64,000 nt of DNA, taken from the IMG/VR virus record IMGVR_UViG_3300032116_000031, positions 72,215 to 136,214 of that record; one strand, 5' to 3'. Positions 51,288 to 62,172 of the stretch are shown one piece after another. A model generated the notes under the pieces. The model was not told the origin of the DNA and made no database searches. It saw only the letters and a program-made list of their open reading frames with translations. The DNA comes from a virus. Position numbers and translations under genes: made by a program. How positions within the stretch are numbered: position 1 is the stretch's first letter; the number at the start of each line of letters is the position of its first letter.

Positions 51288-53160
51288 ATTCGTATGTTTT
51301 TTCAAATTTCCAATTGCCACAATCCCAAACCCTATCAAAACCCAAATAAATCATCATTTCTTTTTCCGTCATTGAGCTATCCAATTCAGGATATTCTTTA
51401 AGGATTTTATGTTTTTGGTACCGCATTCTATTGAATAGCTTTGCACCGTATTTTTTATTATAATAATGGTACACTGGAGGTTGCTGTTCAATTAGTTTGA
51501 AACCTAGTTTTGTATATAGGTTATTTTCTCCATCTGGTGTCCATCTTATATCTGCGAATGTTTTTATTTTGGACGGCGAAAAATCTCGCTCAAATTTTCT
51601 TAACATTTTTGATGCCAAACCCCGAATATGATAATTGTAGTTTGTGGCATATCTGTTCAAATCATATACACCTGCTTCACTTGTCCTTTTAAAAGTCATA
51701 ACCCCCACCATTTCGCCGTCCAACACCGCACCATACCGTATAGGAGAAGTATCACCCCCCTGTATATGATATTTCTCTAAAAAATCAAAACTCTCATTGT
51801 GAGAAATCTCAATTATTTCACACGACCTAGCGTGCCCCTTCTTACCTAAATTTAAACCACAAGCATTTAATATCTTATTCCTTAATAAATCTGGTTTCTC
51901 AAGATACTCATTCTCAAATATATGATACAATTTAATTCCATCTTCCTTGGCTTGATTTGTCTTATCTAAATGATAATATCTATCCTTACCACCATTATTC
52001 AAACTGCCATTAACCAAACCCTCACAATGATAAAGCAAACCGTTAGCCTCAAAACCAATGTTGCCATAAACAACATCCACCTCCTTATTATTAGATAATT
52101 TTTTCTTGGAAATCTTCTCACCCGTAACCTCCGTTATCACTTCTCCTACCCATTGCTCGAACTTAGAAAAAGTACTTGCACAACTAGGACAACCAGACTT
52201 TAATGTCATATGTTCATTCTGCGACTTCTTGAAAACCCCATGTTTAGGACATATAATATCCATCTTCGTTTTACTATTTACATTCTCCGTACATAAAGAA
52301 TAATCATATTTATCCTTATGTATTTTTCGAGATTTTTCGATAAATTCATTTAAACAAAATCTACTAGCCTCTAATGAACATTCAGGACAACCACTACCTC
52401 CAACATGATTATCAAATCTTTGATGAAACCATCCGTGTTTATTGCATTTTATTTTAATTTTACTGCCAATATTAGTATATTCTGTAAAATCATATTCGTA
52501 TTTATCAGAATGAACAGCTATAACTTTCAATAAAAGTTCCTCATCAGTAAAACGTTGGAGTTCAGCTCCTTCTATTTTAGCACATACAGGGCATTTTTGC
52601 CCCTGTAAATGAGCTGAAACTACCTGTGAAAATTCACCATGTGTAGGGCATATTATCGTTATTTTATCAGTGTTAATTTTAAAAGAAGCTTTACTATAAT
52701 CATAACCCCTATCTTTATGAATAATTTTACATTTCTCTAAAAATGCGGTTAATTTTTCTTCAGGAGTACCACCATACTTACAAACAGGACATTTATACCC
52801 CTTTTTATGAACAGCAGGGATAGTTTGAAATTCACCGTGTTTTCTACAAATAATAGTTACAGGTGTTTTGTCATTTATATATTCAACCTTAGAATAATCG
52901 AATTCATCACCGTGAATAGTTTTTGCCCTTTCTATAAATTCATTGGTTTTAGATAAATCAACAACAGGGATTTTCTTACACTCCCTGCATTTAGCACCCC
53001 TCAAATGAACGCTTGCTATAACCTCAAAATCACCATGTTTTGAACAAGTAATAATAACAGGTTTTTTGGTGTTAATAAAATTAACTTTTTCGTAGGAATA
53101 TTCATCCCCATGAACCTTTCGCGCCATTTCAATAAATTCTTCTTGCGTAGTTTTTTTCAT
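51286..53160 (-). CDS. Putative homing endonuclease: five zinc-binding repeats, PD-(D/E)xK-like nuclease, C-terminal GNAT/Mom-like domain
   Basis: 5x F......H...Y.Y...IC..HG.F......H..G..C..C; EVD...GFE.NG..YH; start at ATG 53160 below a TACCTTTG box (53176-53183). Confidence 0.7.
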   Translation of the reverse strand: MKKTTQEEFIEMARKVHGDEYSYEKVNFINTKKPVIITCSKHGDFEVIASVHLRGAKCRECKKIPVVDLSKTNEFIERAKTIHGDEFDYSKVEYINDKTPVTIICRKHGEFQTIPAVHKKGYKCPVCKYGGTPEEKLTAFLEKCKIIHKDRGYDYSKASFKINTDKITIICPTHGEFSQVVSAHLQGQKCPVCAKIEGAELQRFTDEELLLKVIAVHSDKYEYDFTEYTNIGSKIKIKCNKHGWFHQRFDNHVGGSGCPECSLEASRFCLNEFIEKSRKIHKDKYDYSLCTENVNSKTKMDIICPKHGVFKKSQNEHMTLKSGCPSCASTFSKFEQWVGEVITEVTGEKISKKKLSNNKEVDVVYGNIGFEANGLLYHCEGLVNGSLNNGGKDRYYHLDKTNQAKEDGIKLYHIFENEYLEKPDLLRNKILNACGLNLGKKGHARSCEIIEISHNESFDFLEKYHIQGGDTSPIRYGAVLDGEMVGVMTFKRTSEAGVYDLNRYATNYNYHIRGLASKMLRKFERDFSPSKIKTFADIRWTPDGENNLYTKLGFKLIEQQPPVYHYYNKKYGAKLFNRMRYQKHKILKEYPELDSSMTEKEMMIYLGFDRVWDCGNWKFEKTYE

Positions 53161-53200
53161 ATTCGTTATTTTACGCAAAGGTAAGAAAATTATATTAATA

Positions 53201-53238
53201 AAAAAAGGCCCATGAAAAAAATTCCATGGACCTTTTTT
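53201..53238 (-). terminator. Terminator after major capsid gene
   Basis: AAAAAAGG.CCATG...CATGG.CCTTTTTT stem-loop. Confidence 0.7.
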
Positions 53239-53259
53239 ATAATTCGTTGATAATCAATA

Positions 53260-55086
53260 TTATCTCAATTCGATTGGATCGAAGGTCTGGATATTATCAA
53301 CCTTGATGTAGCCATAGTAACGGTTATTCACCATCTTCGTAGCGTAACGAGTAGCAATACCTTTTACCATAGTCAAGCTATCTGGATCTGTGATAGTTGG
53401 GGTAAGTTGCAATGGAAGATATGGTGCATAAATGTAACCAGTATCCAACAAAGAAGTACCTTTGTGACCGATAAGAACGTCAAATGCAGAAGCATAAGGA
53501 TCTACATATACTTTGTAACGGCCATTAACAGTACCTACCTGCTTCATACCAAGATTGTAAGAGTAATCCTCTAAATCATGGCTAGTTGGTAAGAACGCAT
53601 CCAAATCATCGAAAATTGCACTTACTTCAGAAGATACAACGATAAAGTTAGCACCTCCGCGCAAAGTTGATTTGTGGATTTGAGCAGAAATCTGGTTGAT
53701 ACGAGTGATAAGAGTCTGGTTCCACTCTTTTTGAGTGTACTTTTGAGCACCAGTACCTTTCCATCCGTAGTAGTTCCAACGGAGTTTCCAAGCTGCACCG
53801 CGCTTCAATTCGCGCAATACTTGACGGTCAATTTCCATTGCAATCTGTTCAGACAACAATGCTGTCAATTCCGCTTCTGCTTCAATGTTGTGGTATGCTT
53901 GAATATCAGTTGCCAATTCTGGAGTCCAACGAGCGCGAAGCTTACGAGATTCAACAGAAACAGTTACTTTCTTAATTTCGAAAGTTACTTCACCGATTTC
54001 AGTTTCGTTTTCAAGAGTGTCATAGCGTCTCCAAGCGAATGCCAAGTCAGCAGCAGCGAAGGTAGTACCAGAAGCAGCACCAACGTATCCGTCGTAGCTA
54101 TCGCATGTAGCGCAATTCAATGGGTGAGTCAAGTCGATTTCAACGTACAATGTACCGTTTTGATCGCAGATGTCAGAAATATCTGTCAAACCTTTACCGT
54201 AAGCCTGTGCAGGGAAACGGAAGTTAACTGCATCACCAGTCTTGTAGATAACGTTACCTTGTGGGTCAAGGATGTCAGAACCAGCGTTGATAACACTGAA
54301 AGAAGCCAAGAACTCTTCTGTATCAACTTCCAAACCATTACCTTTGTACATACGTGCAGTAAAGTTGTTCAAGTTGGTAGAATTACGTCCCAAGAATCCA
54401 TCGATTCCGAACTTAGCGTAACGGATAGAACCGTCTTGTGCCAATTTCAAAGTGTTAGTTGCTGTCCAGCAGCTATTTTCATCCAATTCAACAGGAGAAC
54501 CTGATGCAGTGATGATTGTGAAGTTACCCTTGCTGTGATCGTACAATTCATCGTTGTAGAAACGATCGTACAAAGAACGGCATCCTTCGTAAGTCACATC
54601 AGGACAGTTAGAACCTACCAATAAACAAGCAGGCTTTTTGCCGATAGATGGAGCATGTGAAGATGTAGTCTGACCAGCTTGGTTAGTATCTTCGATTCTT
54701 TCAGAAATGTTCGGATAGAAGAAGAACAAAGCACCAGTTGGCTGTGTCATTGCTTGTACAGAAACGATGTCGTTAGCCAACAAACGGCTATAAATACGAC
54801 GAATCATTGGGAAAGCCTGTGCTTCAAAACCACCAGAAGAACCTGAATTAGTTTCTTCGTTAAGTACGTTTTTGAAGTATTTAGCTTGATTCTCATAAAG
54901 AAGAGCTACGTTATCACGAACGTGACCTTCCAAATTACGAAGCCAGTTTTGGCCTTCGTTTACCCACTCACCACCGTTTGTTCTTTTACCTCCTACGTGC
55001 TGATAACGCTCGATGATTTCTTCACGTAAAAGTTGTTCGCGGTTGGTTTGGATATCTCCTAATTTACCAGATTTTACAAAACTCAT
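53260..55086 (-). CDS. Major capsid protein, T4 gp23-like
   Basis: VSVQAM..PTG.LF, RKLRARWTPELA.D..AYH.I.AE.EL...LSE.I..EID, YAPY.PL, TRYA motifs. Confidence 0.95.
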   Translation of the reverse strand: MSFVKSGKLGDIQTNREQLLREEIIERYQHVGGKRTNGGEWVNEGQNWLRNLEGHVRDNVALLYENQAKYFKNVLNEETNSGSSGGFEAQAFPMIRRIYSRLLANDIVSVQAMTQPTGALFFFYPNISERIEDTNQAGQTTSSHAPSIGKKPACLLVGSNCPDVTYEGCRSLYDRFYNDELYDHSKGNFTIITASGSPVELDENSCWTATNTLKLAQDGSIRYAKFGIDGFLGRNSTNLNNFTARMYKGNGLEVDTEEFLASFSVINAGSDILDPQGNVIYKTGDAVNFRFPAQAYGKGLTDISDICDQNGTLYVEIDLTHPLNCATCDSYDGYVGAASGTTFAAADLAFAWRRYDTLENETEIGEVTFEIKKVTVSVESRKLRARWTPELATDIQAYHNIEAEAELTALLSEQIAMEIDRQVLRELKRGAAWKLRWNYYGWKGTGAQKYTQKEWNQTLITRINQISAQIHKSTLRGGANFIVVSSEVSAIFDDLDAFLPTSHDLEDYSYNLGMKQVGTVNGRYKVYVDPYASAFDVLIGHKGTSLLDTGYIYAPYLPLQLTPTITDPDSLTMVKGIATRYATKMVNNRYYGYIKVDNIQTFDPIELR

Positions 55087-55119
55087 TTTATAAATGTTTT
55101 TTAATTTTTTTGTGTGTTT

Positions 55120-56262
55120 TTAGATTTTATAATTTACTAATTTATTAAACTTATCAAAGTCGGGATCATTAAATGTTTTTTCTTCTTTAATAATGTCCTT
55201 CTTTGAAGACTCGTTAATGCTATCTTTCAAGTCCTTCAATTCATTCTTTCCAGAAATAGTTTTTTTAGGAAGAGTCTTAGAAAGAGCCTCGAAAAGAATT
55301 TTTGATTCATTAATTGTTGTTACAGAATCAAATTGTTCAGCAATTTGAACTTTCTCATCTCTGCTAACAGTTTGTTCAGTAAACAATTTTGTTATATGTA
55401 AAAGATTAGTGTTGTGAACAGCCAATTGGTCTAACATATTCTTAGATTCAGTTAAAGCTTGATCGTATTTAGCTTTCTGATTTTTCAATCTAAGATTTTC
55501 TGCTACCTTGGTAGAAACTTCCTCCTTCAAGACTTTAATTTTCTCATTATAAGCCTTTTGCATTCTGTTTAATTTCTGTTCGTACTGTTCAACGATGACT
55601 TTGTACTCATTAATACGAGCCTCCATTTTGCTTTCTTGTAGAGCTTCTTTGATCCACTCGTCAAGCTTTTCCTCTTCATCTTCCATATCATCATCGTCAC
55701 CCATTTCAATTTCCATATCGTCGTCCATGTCCATATCTTCATCATCCATGTTCATGTCGTCTTCCATGTCCATATCTTGATCGTCGATGTCCAATTCTAA
55801 TTCATCATCGTCGTCCAAGCTTTTCAAGTCGAAAACTTCTTCGCCGTCTTCGTCTTCGCTTTTTTCAATTTGAAATTCGATAACTTCATCGTCAGGCAAT
55901 GAACTTAAAAAATCCATAATCTCTTCTTTAGATTTACCTCTAAGGTCTATAACCTTATCTTCAGTATCATCAGCTGTTTCTTCTGAATCATCTGACATTT
56001 CATCATCTCCATCTTCTTCATCTAATTTAGTTAGAAGATCAGATAATTCCTCGTCGCCAAATTCATTATTTACAACTTCTTCTTCATAATCCAAAGGCAT
56101 ATTATCATCAGAATCTTCAATCATATCATTTTTATCCAATGATTCTTTAACAAAAGATTTAACTTCTGTTTGCAACACTGTCTTTAGTGTTTCATTAGTT
56201 TGTGATTCTGTAAGAGTTTTTACTTCCGATACTTTTAATAAAAGTTCCTCTATGTTTTTCAT
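55120..56262 (-). CDS. Prohead core / scaffold protein
   Basis: Very acidic coiled-coil protein between the protease and capsid genes. Confidence 0.75.
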   Translation of the reverse strand: MKNIEELLLKVSEVKTLTESQTNETLKTVLQTEVKSFVKESLDKNDMIEDSDDNMPLDYEEEVVNNEFGDEELSDLLTKLDEEDGDDEMSDDSEETADDTEDKVIDLRGKSKEEIMDFLSSLPDDEVIEFQIEKSEDEDGEEVFDLKSLDDDDELELDIDDQDMDMEDDMNMDDEDMDMDDDMEIEMGDDDDMEDEEEKLDEWIKEALQESKMEARINEYKVIVEQYEQKLNRMQKAYNEKIKVLKEEVSTKVAENLRLKNQKAKYDQALTESKNMLDQLAVHNTNLLHITKLFTEQTVSRDEKVQIAEQFDSVTTINESKILFEALSKTLPKKTISGKNELKDLKDSINESSKKDIIKEEKTFNDPDFDKFNKLVNYKI

Positions 56263-56308
56263 ACAAGTTTTTTCAATTTATTTAATAAATATGCTTCAAT
56301 ATTAAAAA

Positions 56309-57004
56309 TTACGTAAATTTTGAAAGATACTCTGATAATTTATCATTGAAGGAGTATTTTTCGGTAGATTTATATTCTTCTTTCACTGTTTTATCGATAT
56401 ACGGTGTTAAATTTTTCATATCAGTTGATACCCAACTACCTTTCGAAGAAGGCTTGTTAACAAAGTCCCAACAAATTAATTCATAATCATCTTCGACATG
56501 ATTAACGCCATTAACCTTTTTTAAAGAGCCTACGCCCCTTGAAGAAACACCAACAACAACTCCATTCATCATCAAATTTGAAATATGATCACCAGATGTG
56601 GTTACAATACCTTTTTCAACAAATCCCCTAGAAACATTCAATTTAATTTTTCCTAAAAGTGTGATACCGTCCCACCAAACATCGGTTAATAAACCAGCGC
56701 CATTTAAAATATTAATCTGTGTACTTTCGGGGTGGTTGGCTTCAAGTAAAGTATTTTTTTGTGGGATACATTCTTTTAAATATCTGTCAGCCTCTCTCTT
56801 CAATAGCTTTTCGCTATATATTCTGTTATTTTCATTTAACACACCGTATTTTTGCAAAACGGCGAAGACAACGGTAGGTACTCCATTACGAGCAACATCT
56901 TCATTTGAAGATAATTTATTTTCCACTATGAAATCCTTGGATATACTCTCAATAGTTTGAGCATACCCAGCATCATATTCTAATAATAGCATTTTTTTAC
57001 TCAT
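56309..57004 (-). CDS. Prohead protease, T4 gp21-like
   Basis: N.NNRIY, E.NHP, GVSSRGVGSL, WDFV..PS; start moved to ATG 57004. Confidence 0.9.
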   Translation of the reverse strand: MSKKMLLLEYDAGYAQTIESISKDFIVENKLSSNEDVARNGVPTVVFAVLQKYGVLNENNRIYSEKLLKREADRYLKECIPQKNTLLEANHPESTQINILNGAGLLTDVWWDGITLLGKIKLNVSRGFVEKGIVTTSGDHISNLMMNGVVVGVSSRGVGSLKKVNGVNHVEDDYELICWDFVNKPSSKGSWVSTDMKNLTPYIDKTVKEEYKSTEKYSFNDKLSEYLSKFT

Positions 57005-57040
57005 GTAAAATGATTTTATTATAAATATCAATTAATTACA

Positions 57041-57080
57041 AAAAAAAACGGCGATGGACTAACCATCACCGCTTTTTTTT
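57041..57080 (-). terminator. Rho-independent terminator
   Basis: CGGCGATGG-actaa-CCATCACCG flanked by A and T runs. Confidence 0.7.
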
Positions 57081-57440
57081 ATTTATATTTTTAAAAACCT
57101 TGAATTTAGGGTAATTACTTATTATATTTTTTAGTATATCTGGATATTCTTTTAAACTATTTATTGTGTTATCTTTTATTAGTGAAAGTTCAACTGAAAG
57201 GTATGCGGTGGTGGACGGCGAATCTCTTATGTCAACATCAATAAAATATTCGTAATTGTCCTTAAAATTTTGCTTTAATTCAAAAACCTTTTTCCTTATA
57301 GCCTTTGTAAAATTGCAAATTTCCCTTTTGTAATCAACAGCGCTCAATTGTCCCTGTAATTCAACCCAACATTGTAATTCAACTTTCGTAATACCGTTTT
57401 TCTTAATAATCTTGCTCTGAAAATTATCATCTATTGTCAT
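57066..57440 (-). CDS. Hypothetical protein
   Basis: 124 aa; TATATTTG box at 57461-57468. Confidence 0.6.
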   Translation of the reverse strand: MTIDDNFQSKIIKKNGITKVELQCWVELQGQLSAVDYKREICNFTKAIRKKVFELKQNFKDNYEYFIDVDIRDSPSTTAYLSVELSLIKDNTINSLKEYPDILKNIISNYPKFKVFKNINKKKR

Positions 57441-57475
57441 ATAAATAATTGTTATATAAACAAATATAAGTAAAA

Positions 57476-58138
57476 CTATTCGTTTATTAAACTATTTTTC
57501 AAACTAATTAAATTAATTAAATTATCAACTTCATATTGATTCTTTAATTGTGTTTCATAGATTTTTTCCTTCGTCTTATAAATTAACATTTTAGTTTCAT
57601 CGTCCGAAGCCTCGTTTAATTTATTGTCAAGGACACTTAAACATTCTTCGCTAATCTGCTTGAAAACTGTTTCGGGGTTATCTATGAAGTTTTTAGCCAA
57701 AGAAAGCTCTTCTTCTGAAAATTGAGATAAATCTAAATTGTTTTTTACATTTTTAGATTTGATGTGCTCATAAATCATTTTCTTGCTTTCATTGTACTCG
57801 ACAAAATTCAAAGCATTGCGCTCTTCAAATAAAACGATACTGATACTTTTTTCTAAATCAGTAAGTTCCAAATTATTTAATTTAGAAGATAAACCCTTCA
57901 AATCACTTTTATCTATGGAATTAGAAAATTTAATATTTTCATTTATAAAATCTTCGATTTCAGATTCCTGTAAAGCAGGAGGGTTTTCCAAATTATTAAC
58001 CGTATAGTATAATATTTGAAGATTTTTATTATTAGCTATTTCTTCAAGAATTAATTTTGAACTATTTGATTCCTTGTTCAAATATGATTCTTGAAGTAAA
58101 TTATCAATACCTTTTTTTATTTTTATGATTTGATTCAT
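57476..58138 (-). CDS. Hypothetical protein in the head gene cluster
   Basis: 220 aa helical ORF downstream of portal. Confidence 0.6.
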   Translation of the reverse strand: MNQIIKIKKGIDNLLQESYLNKESNSSKLILEEIANNKNLQILYYTVNNLENPPALQESEIEDFINENIKFSNSIDKSDLKGLSSKLNNLELTDLEKSISIVLFEERNALNFVEYNESKKMIYEHIKSKNVKNNLDLSQFSEEELSLAKNFIDNPETVFKQISEECLSVLDNKLNEASDDETKMLIYKTKEKIYETQLKNQYEVDNLINLISLKNSLINE

Positions 58139-58184
58139 CTTATTTAAAAGTTTATTATATAATTATGTCAATTTATTATTTTTT

Positions 58185-59984
58185 TTATTCTTCTGGTGGG
58201 GTTCCACCTGTTACTTCTTCACCACCTGCTTCAGGTGCTTCTGCTCCACCACCCTCTTCACCACCTAATTCACCACCACCTTCTCCACCTAATTCACCTC
58301 CACCAGCTTCACCTTCCATTTCTCCGCCTAATCCACCTCCTAAATCGCTGAAATCACCACCGCCTGCACCGCCACCACCTTCTGCTCCACCAACAGTTGT
58401 TCCGTCAGTGTTTTGAGTGTATTCTGCATTTGGCATCCCATAAATCTTATCCACTTCATCGAACAATTTAGTATTTTGAATGATTTGTTCCGTTTTTTGT
58501 AATTCGATACCAATAGCTCTTTCAACTCTTTGTTGTAACAAATCTTCTTTGATTTCATTGTCAGTGAAATTAAGAATTAATTTCTTCGCTCTTGCATGTG
58601 ACATAGGTGCGATACCATCAGCAGCTATTTCCACAGCCGCCTTGTAAGTATCTAATTTTTGAGTTAATAACTCCATCCTTAAAACTTCTGCTTGTATAGA
58701 TGGATTATTTAAACTTAAAACAAAATTACCACATTCTTCCTCTAAACCCAAAGCGATTAGATGAACCATCGCAATTTTATTTAACTCTTGTAAACAACAT
58801 AATTGGATCCTATTAACAGTTTTAGCAAATCTAATATCCTGCATTGCCAAAGATTTTCCTTCAGCAACAGATTCCTCGAAATTCAAATATGTTTTGGGTA
58901 CCCTTAAAGCAGTTACCAATAGTTTCAAATCATACTCAATATCAGCAATATCTAAATTAGTTTGACCCTGTATTGTATCAATTTTTGAACCATCATTGGC
59001 ATCACGAATTGGAATAAAATAATCTTGGTCAATACCCAAAACATTCATCTTTAAATCTTCCTGCCCTGTTTCTGGGTCAACTGTTTTCTTCCTTTTATAT
59101 CTATCGGCAATGCTGTTAATATATTGACCAACATCGTTAGGGTCAATATTACCTATATTAATGTAAAATACCCTTCTATCGCTCGCTCTTATTAAACGGA
59201 TGGTTCTCATAGCATCCTCTGTTAAAAGAAGATTACGCCAAAATCTACGTGCCTTTTCTAAGATGGATACACCATAAGGGATTCTTCTATCATCAATCAA
59301 AAGTCTAAAATGTGCAATTTGCCAATCTTTAAATTCAACGGTTCTAGATGTTCTCCATTTAAAAATAGTACCACTTTTTTTCTCTGAAATGATATAATCT
59401 AATAAATCATTATCTTCCCTTTCGATTTCAATGGTGGGCAACTGTTTACAATTTATAATACCTAAATCTGAATCTACATCTAAATAAACAAAATTATCGC
59501 CATACTTGCACATATTCCTCATCCACATGCCAATATTCATATTGATATTTAATTTATCGTAGAACATTGATTCCAATTCTTTTTTTACCCTTTCACTCTC
59601 TGAATAAATGTTCAATACATTACCCTTCTCATTCGGCTGGGTGCATTCTTCCATAAAAATATCTAATGCAGCACCTATAATAGGATACTCCTCCATTTTT
59701 TCATAATCGTAATAAGAAGGAATCCTACGGGCTTCATTTTGAAGAACTTGATACTTTATTAAAGAAGTAGCTTTATTCCACAAACTTCTTATATATGAAG
59801 ACTGTTGCTTCTCTAATTTTTTTACTTCAATATCTTTACTGTCTTTACTTCTTAACAGTTCTCTATCTACACCTACCGTTTGAGTATTAAAACTTTGACC
59901 TCCTACTACGGGATTTTCTTTACCTCCAGAAAAGAAGCTAGTTAATTTTTGATATACTGTTTGCCTTGAATTATTTTCAGCCAT
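58185..59984 (-). CDS. Portal protein, T4 gp20-like
   Basis: YG.SILE.ARR..R.L.L.EDAM...R..RA..RRVFYI..GN, DYFIP.R, KIDT..G; Gly/Glu-rich tail. Confidence 0.93.
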   Translation of the reverse strand: MAENNSRQTVYQKLTSFFSGGKENPVVGGQSFNTQTVGVDRELLRSKDSKDIEVKKLEKQQSSYIRSLWNKATSLIKYQVLQNEARRIPSYYDYEKMEEYPIIGAALDIFMEECTQPNEKGNVLNIYSESERVKKELESMFYDKLNINMNIGMWMRNMCKYGDNFVYLDVDSDLGIINCKQLPTIEIEREDNDLLDYIISEKKSGTIFKWRTSRTVEFKDWQIAHFRLLIDDRRIPYGVSILEKARRFWRNLLLTEDAMRTIRLIRASDRRVFYINIGNIDPNDVGQYINSIADRYKRKKTVDPETGQEDLKMNVLGIDQDYFIPIRDANDGSKIDTIQGQTNLDIADIEYDLKLLVTALRVPKTYLNFEESVAEGKSLAMQDIRFAKTVNRIQLCCLQELNKIAMVHLIALGLEEECGNFVLSLNNPSIQAEVLRMELLTQKLDTYKAAVEIAADGIAPMSHARAKKLILNFTDNEIKEDLLQQRVERAIGIELQKTEQIIQNTKLFDEVDKIYGMPNAEYTQNTDGTTVGGAEGGGGAGGGDFSDLGGGLGGEMEGEAGGGELGGEGGGELGGEEGGGAEAPEAGGEEVTGGTPPEE

Positions 59985-60015
59985 TATTTGCTATTTTTTA
60001 TATAAATATAAGAAG

Positions 60016-61716
60016 TTATTTTAAAAGCCAACCATAATTGGATATATCCACACCATCCTGTCTTAAATATTTATTATTTCTTGATCTGACAGCTTCTTTC
60101 GTATTTGTTGAATTGTCTACTCCCAACCAAGCATTTAACATTTGTTTGGATTGTTCTTGTGCTGATTCCATTTGTTTAAAGGAAGTTTCAAACAACCAAA
60201 GTGCTCCTGCTACTGCTGTTATACAATCATCGTTGAAACCTCTCATGTGGTCAGGTCTTCCGTTTAACCAAACATAAGTTTTAAGTTCACCTATTAATCT
60301 AATAGATTTAATTTTAAATGTGTCTGTCTCAACATAATTTACAAAACGTTGAATGATTTTGGGTCTACTCATCCCACTAAATTTCAACCCCTTTGCTTCA
60401 CCTTTTTCATCTTTTTTCAGCAACTTAAAATTTAAACGTTCCAAATCTGTTATTAAATTTTCACCGTAACCGCCTGTAGTATCAACATCCGTAATTGCAT
60501 TGAACATTTCACACCAGCGTTTCACAATAGGTGCAAAAAATTCAGATTTTAATTTACCTTTATATTCAGCAGCTTGTACACCTGTTGTTGTATTTACTAT
60601 TTCAAGTGAAGAATAATCATCGCCACTACCCGTAGAAACATCTGCAAAGGCACAATAATTATGCCCTTCCTTGGGATATTCAAATATCCACATATTTTCT
60701 TTTTCTTCAGCTTTCTCAATTGGATCGCAAACATATTTTTCTTCATGTCTTTTTATGTGTTCAACATCTATCACGTTATGCCCTGACCCATCGAATTTAC
60801 ATAAAAGCTCTTGGTTAATTAATCGTTTATCATTATGTAGAATAGCACATTGTTGTTTGTACCAATCTGATTCTGGAATCCATCCTTTTTTGAACTTAAT
60901 AACCATCTTTTCATTGTCGTATTCTATTTCCTTTTCTTCGATTAAATTCCCGTCTTCATCTTTATATTTCCAAACCAAATTTTTATTATACCTCGGATCT
61001 TGGAAATAATACATTTCATGGACTGTAAAATTATTGGTCCCGTTACTAGAAATTGTTTCAGAATATGTTTTAAAGAAAATAGGGTCAGTACCCATCGGGG
61101 TTGAAATCAAAAACATTTGTCCTGCGACGTTTGAAGATAACGCCATCATTGCAGAACCATACATTAATTCACCATCTGTCTTATCAATGTGTGCGGCCTC
61201 ATCAATAACAATTATTCTAGGCGACGATTGTCCCCTGACAGCATCTTTACTTGTTGCAACTGCTGATAAGTGACAACCATTTTTTAATTTAATTGATTTT
61301 ACAGACCCCTTACCTATAATATGGCCGTCCAACTCCTTACTGTTATCATAATTTTCTCCCCAAACCCATCTTGGAACCTGTGATAAAAACTCTTTTATCT
61401 TTGCTAAAAAATCTTCAGCCTGCTTTCCTTTGTTAGCAACAATGATTACCCTAAAAGGGTTATCCGAAGAGGTTAAAGCACAAATAGCCGCAATATAAGC
61501 AGCTGTAACAGTAGAGATACCAGCTTGACGAGATTTATTTACAAGAACATGCTTTTTATTTCTATATATGTCTATTAATTCTTGTTGCTTTGGGAATAAT
61601 TCAAACTTAACAAATTTTTCTTGACTAGCATCAAATGTCTGAAAACAATCTTGGATTAAATTAACAGGATCCTCTAAATAACTTATATATTTTATAGCTA
61701 ACGACTTCTTATCCAT
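60016..61716 (-). CDS. terL: Terminase large subunit, T4 gp17-like
   Basis: KSRQAGIST, IVIDEAAHI, ISTPMG, QEL.C.F, DVSTGSGDDYS, DDC..A. Confidence 0.95.
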   Translation of the reverse strand: MDKKSLAIKYISYLEDPVNLIQDCFQTFDASQEKFVKFELFPKQQELIDIYRNKKHVLVNKSRQAGISTVTAAYIAAICALTSSDNPFRVIIVANKGKQAEDFLAKIKEFLSQVPRWVWGENYDNSKELDGHIIGKGSVKSIKLKNGCHLSAVATSKDAVRGQSSPRIIVIDEAAHIDKTDGELMYGSAMMALSSNVAGQMFLISTPMGTDPIFFKTYSETISSNGTNNFTVHEMYYFQDPRYNKNLVWKYKDEDGNLIEEKEIEYDNEKMVIKFKKGWIPESDWYKQQCAILHNDKRLINQELLCKFDGSGHNVIDVEHIKRHEEKYVCDPIEKAEEKENMWIFEYPKEGHNYCAFADVSTGSGDDYSSLEIVNTTTGVQAAEYKGKLKSEFFAPIVKRWCEMFNAITDVDTTGGYGENLITDLERLNFKLLKKDEKGEAKGLKFSGMSRPKIIQRFVNYVETDTFKIKSIRLIGELKTYVWLNGRPDHMRGFNDDCITAVAGALWLFETSFKQMESAQEQSKQMLNAWLGVDNSTNTKEAVRSRNNKYLRQDGVDISNYGWLLK

Positions 61717-61812
61717 ATTTTTATACTTTGCTATAAATATAGGTTAAAAAAGAAATGTTCGGCAAACACAAGGTTCACCGAACATTATTATCATTATGGT
61801 TTTAAAATCTTT

Positions 61813-62172
61813 TTATGCTCCTGCAACGATAGTTGAAGTGAATGTGATTGAAGGATTCAATGTTGACAATTCAGCAATGTAAAGGTTGTGAAGCTCTGTA
61901 AGAATATCTTTTCCTGTAAATTCTACATCAGCATAATTTTTAGGCATAACAGCAAAACCCACAAAATTATATGTTTCAGGGTGTTGAACTGCATCTGTTC
62001 CTGTTTCTGGATCAGCAGGTGTTTCGTGTGCAGGGTTAATTGTTACAGGCTGCAACCAAGAATTTAATGCGCCTTTTGATGGGGTTGAGAAATAAATGAT
62101 AAAGCCTTCAACCTTGTTTGATGTGATTTGATCTTCACCTAGTACGATGTTATTTTTATCGAATTTAATCAT
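61813..62172 (-). CDS. Hypothetical protein
   Basis: 119 aa; TATTTAT upstream and a terminator-like hairpin at about 61746-61785. Confidence 0.6.
   Translation of the reverse strand: MIKFDKNNIVLGEDQITSNKVEGFIIYFSTPSKGALNSWLQPVTINPAHETPADPETGTDAVQHPETYNFVGFAVMPKNYADVEFTGKDILTELHNLYIAELSTLNPSITFTSTIVAGA

Noticed and set aside
53674-54504. 276 aa plus-strand ORF
   Set aside because: Antisense shadow of the major capsid gene, whose higher GC and biased codons suppress stops on the opposite strand; no recognisable motifs.
55595-55860. TCATC/TCCAT tandem-like repeats
   Set aside because: They encode the Asp/Met/Glu-rich region of the scaffold protein.
58185-58416. GC-rich CCACC repeats and an 83 aa Pro/Ser-rich plus-strand ORF
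   Set aside because: Explained by the Gly/Glu low-complexity tail of the portal protein on the minus strand.
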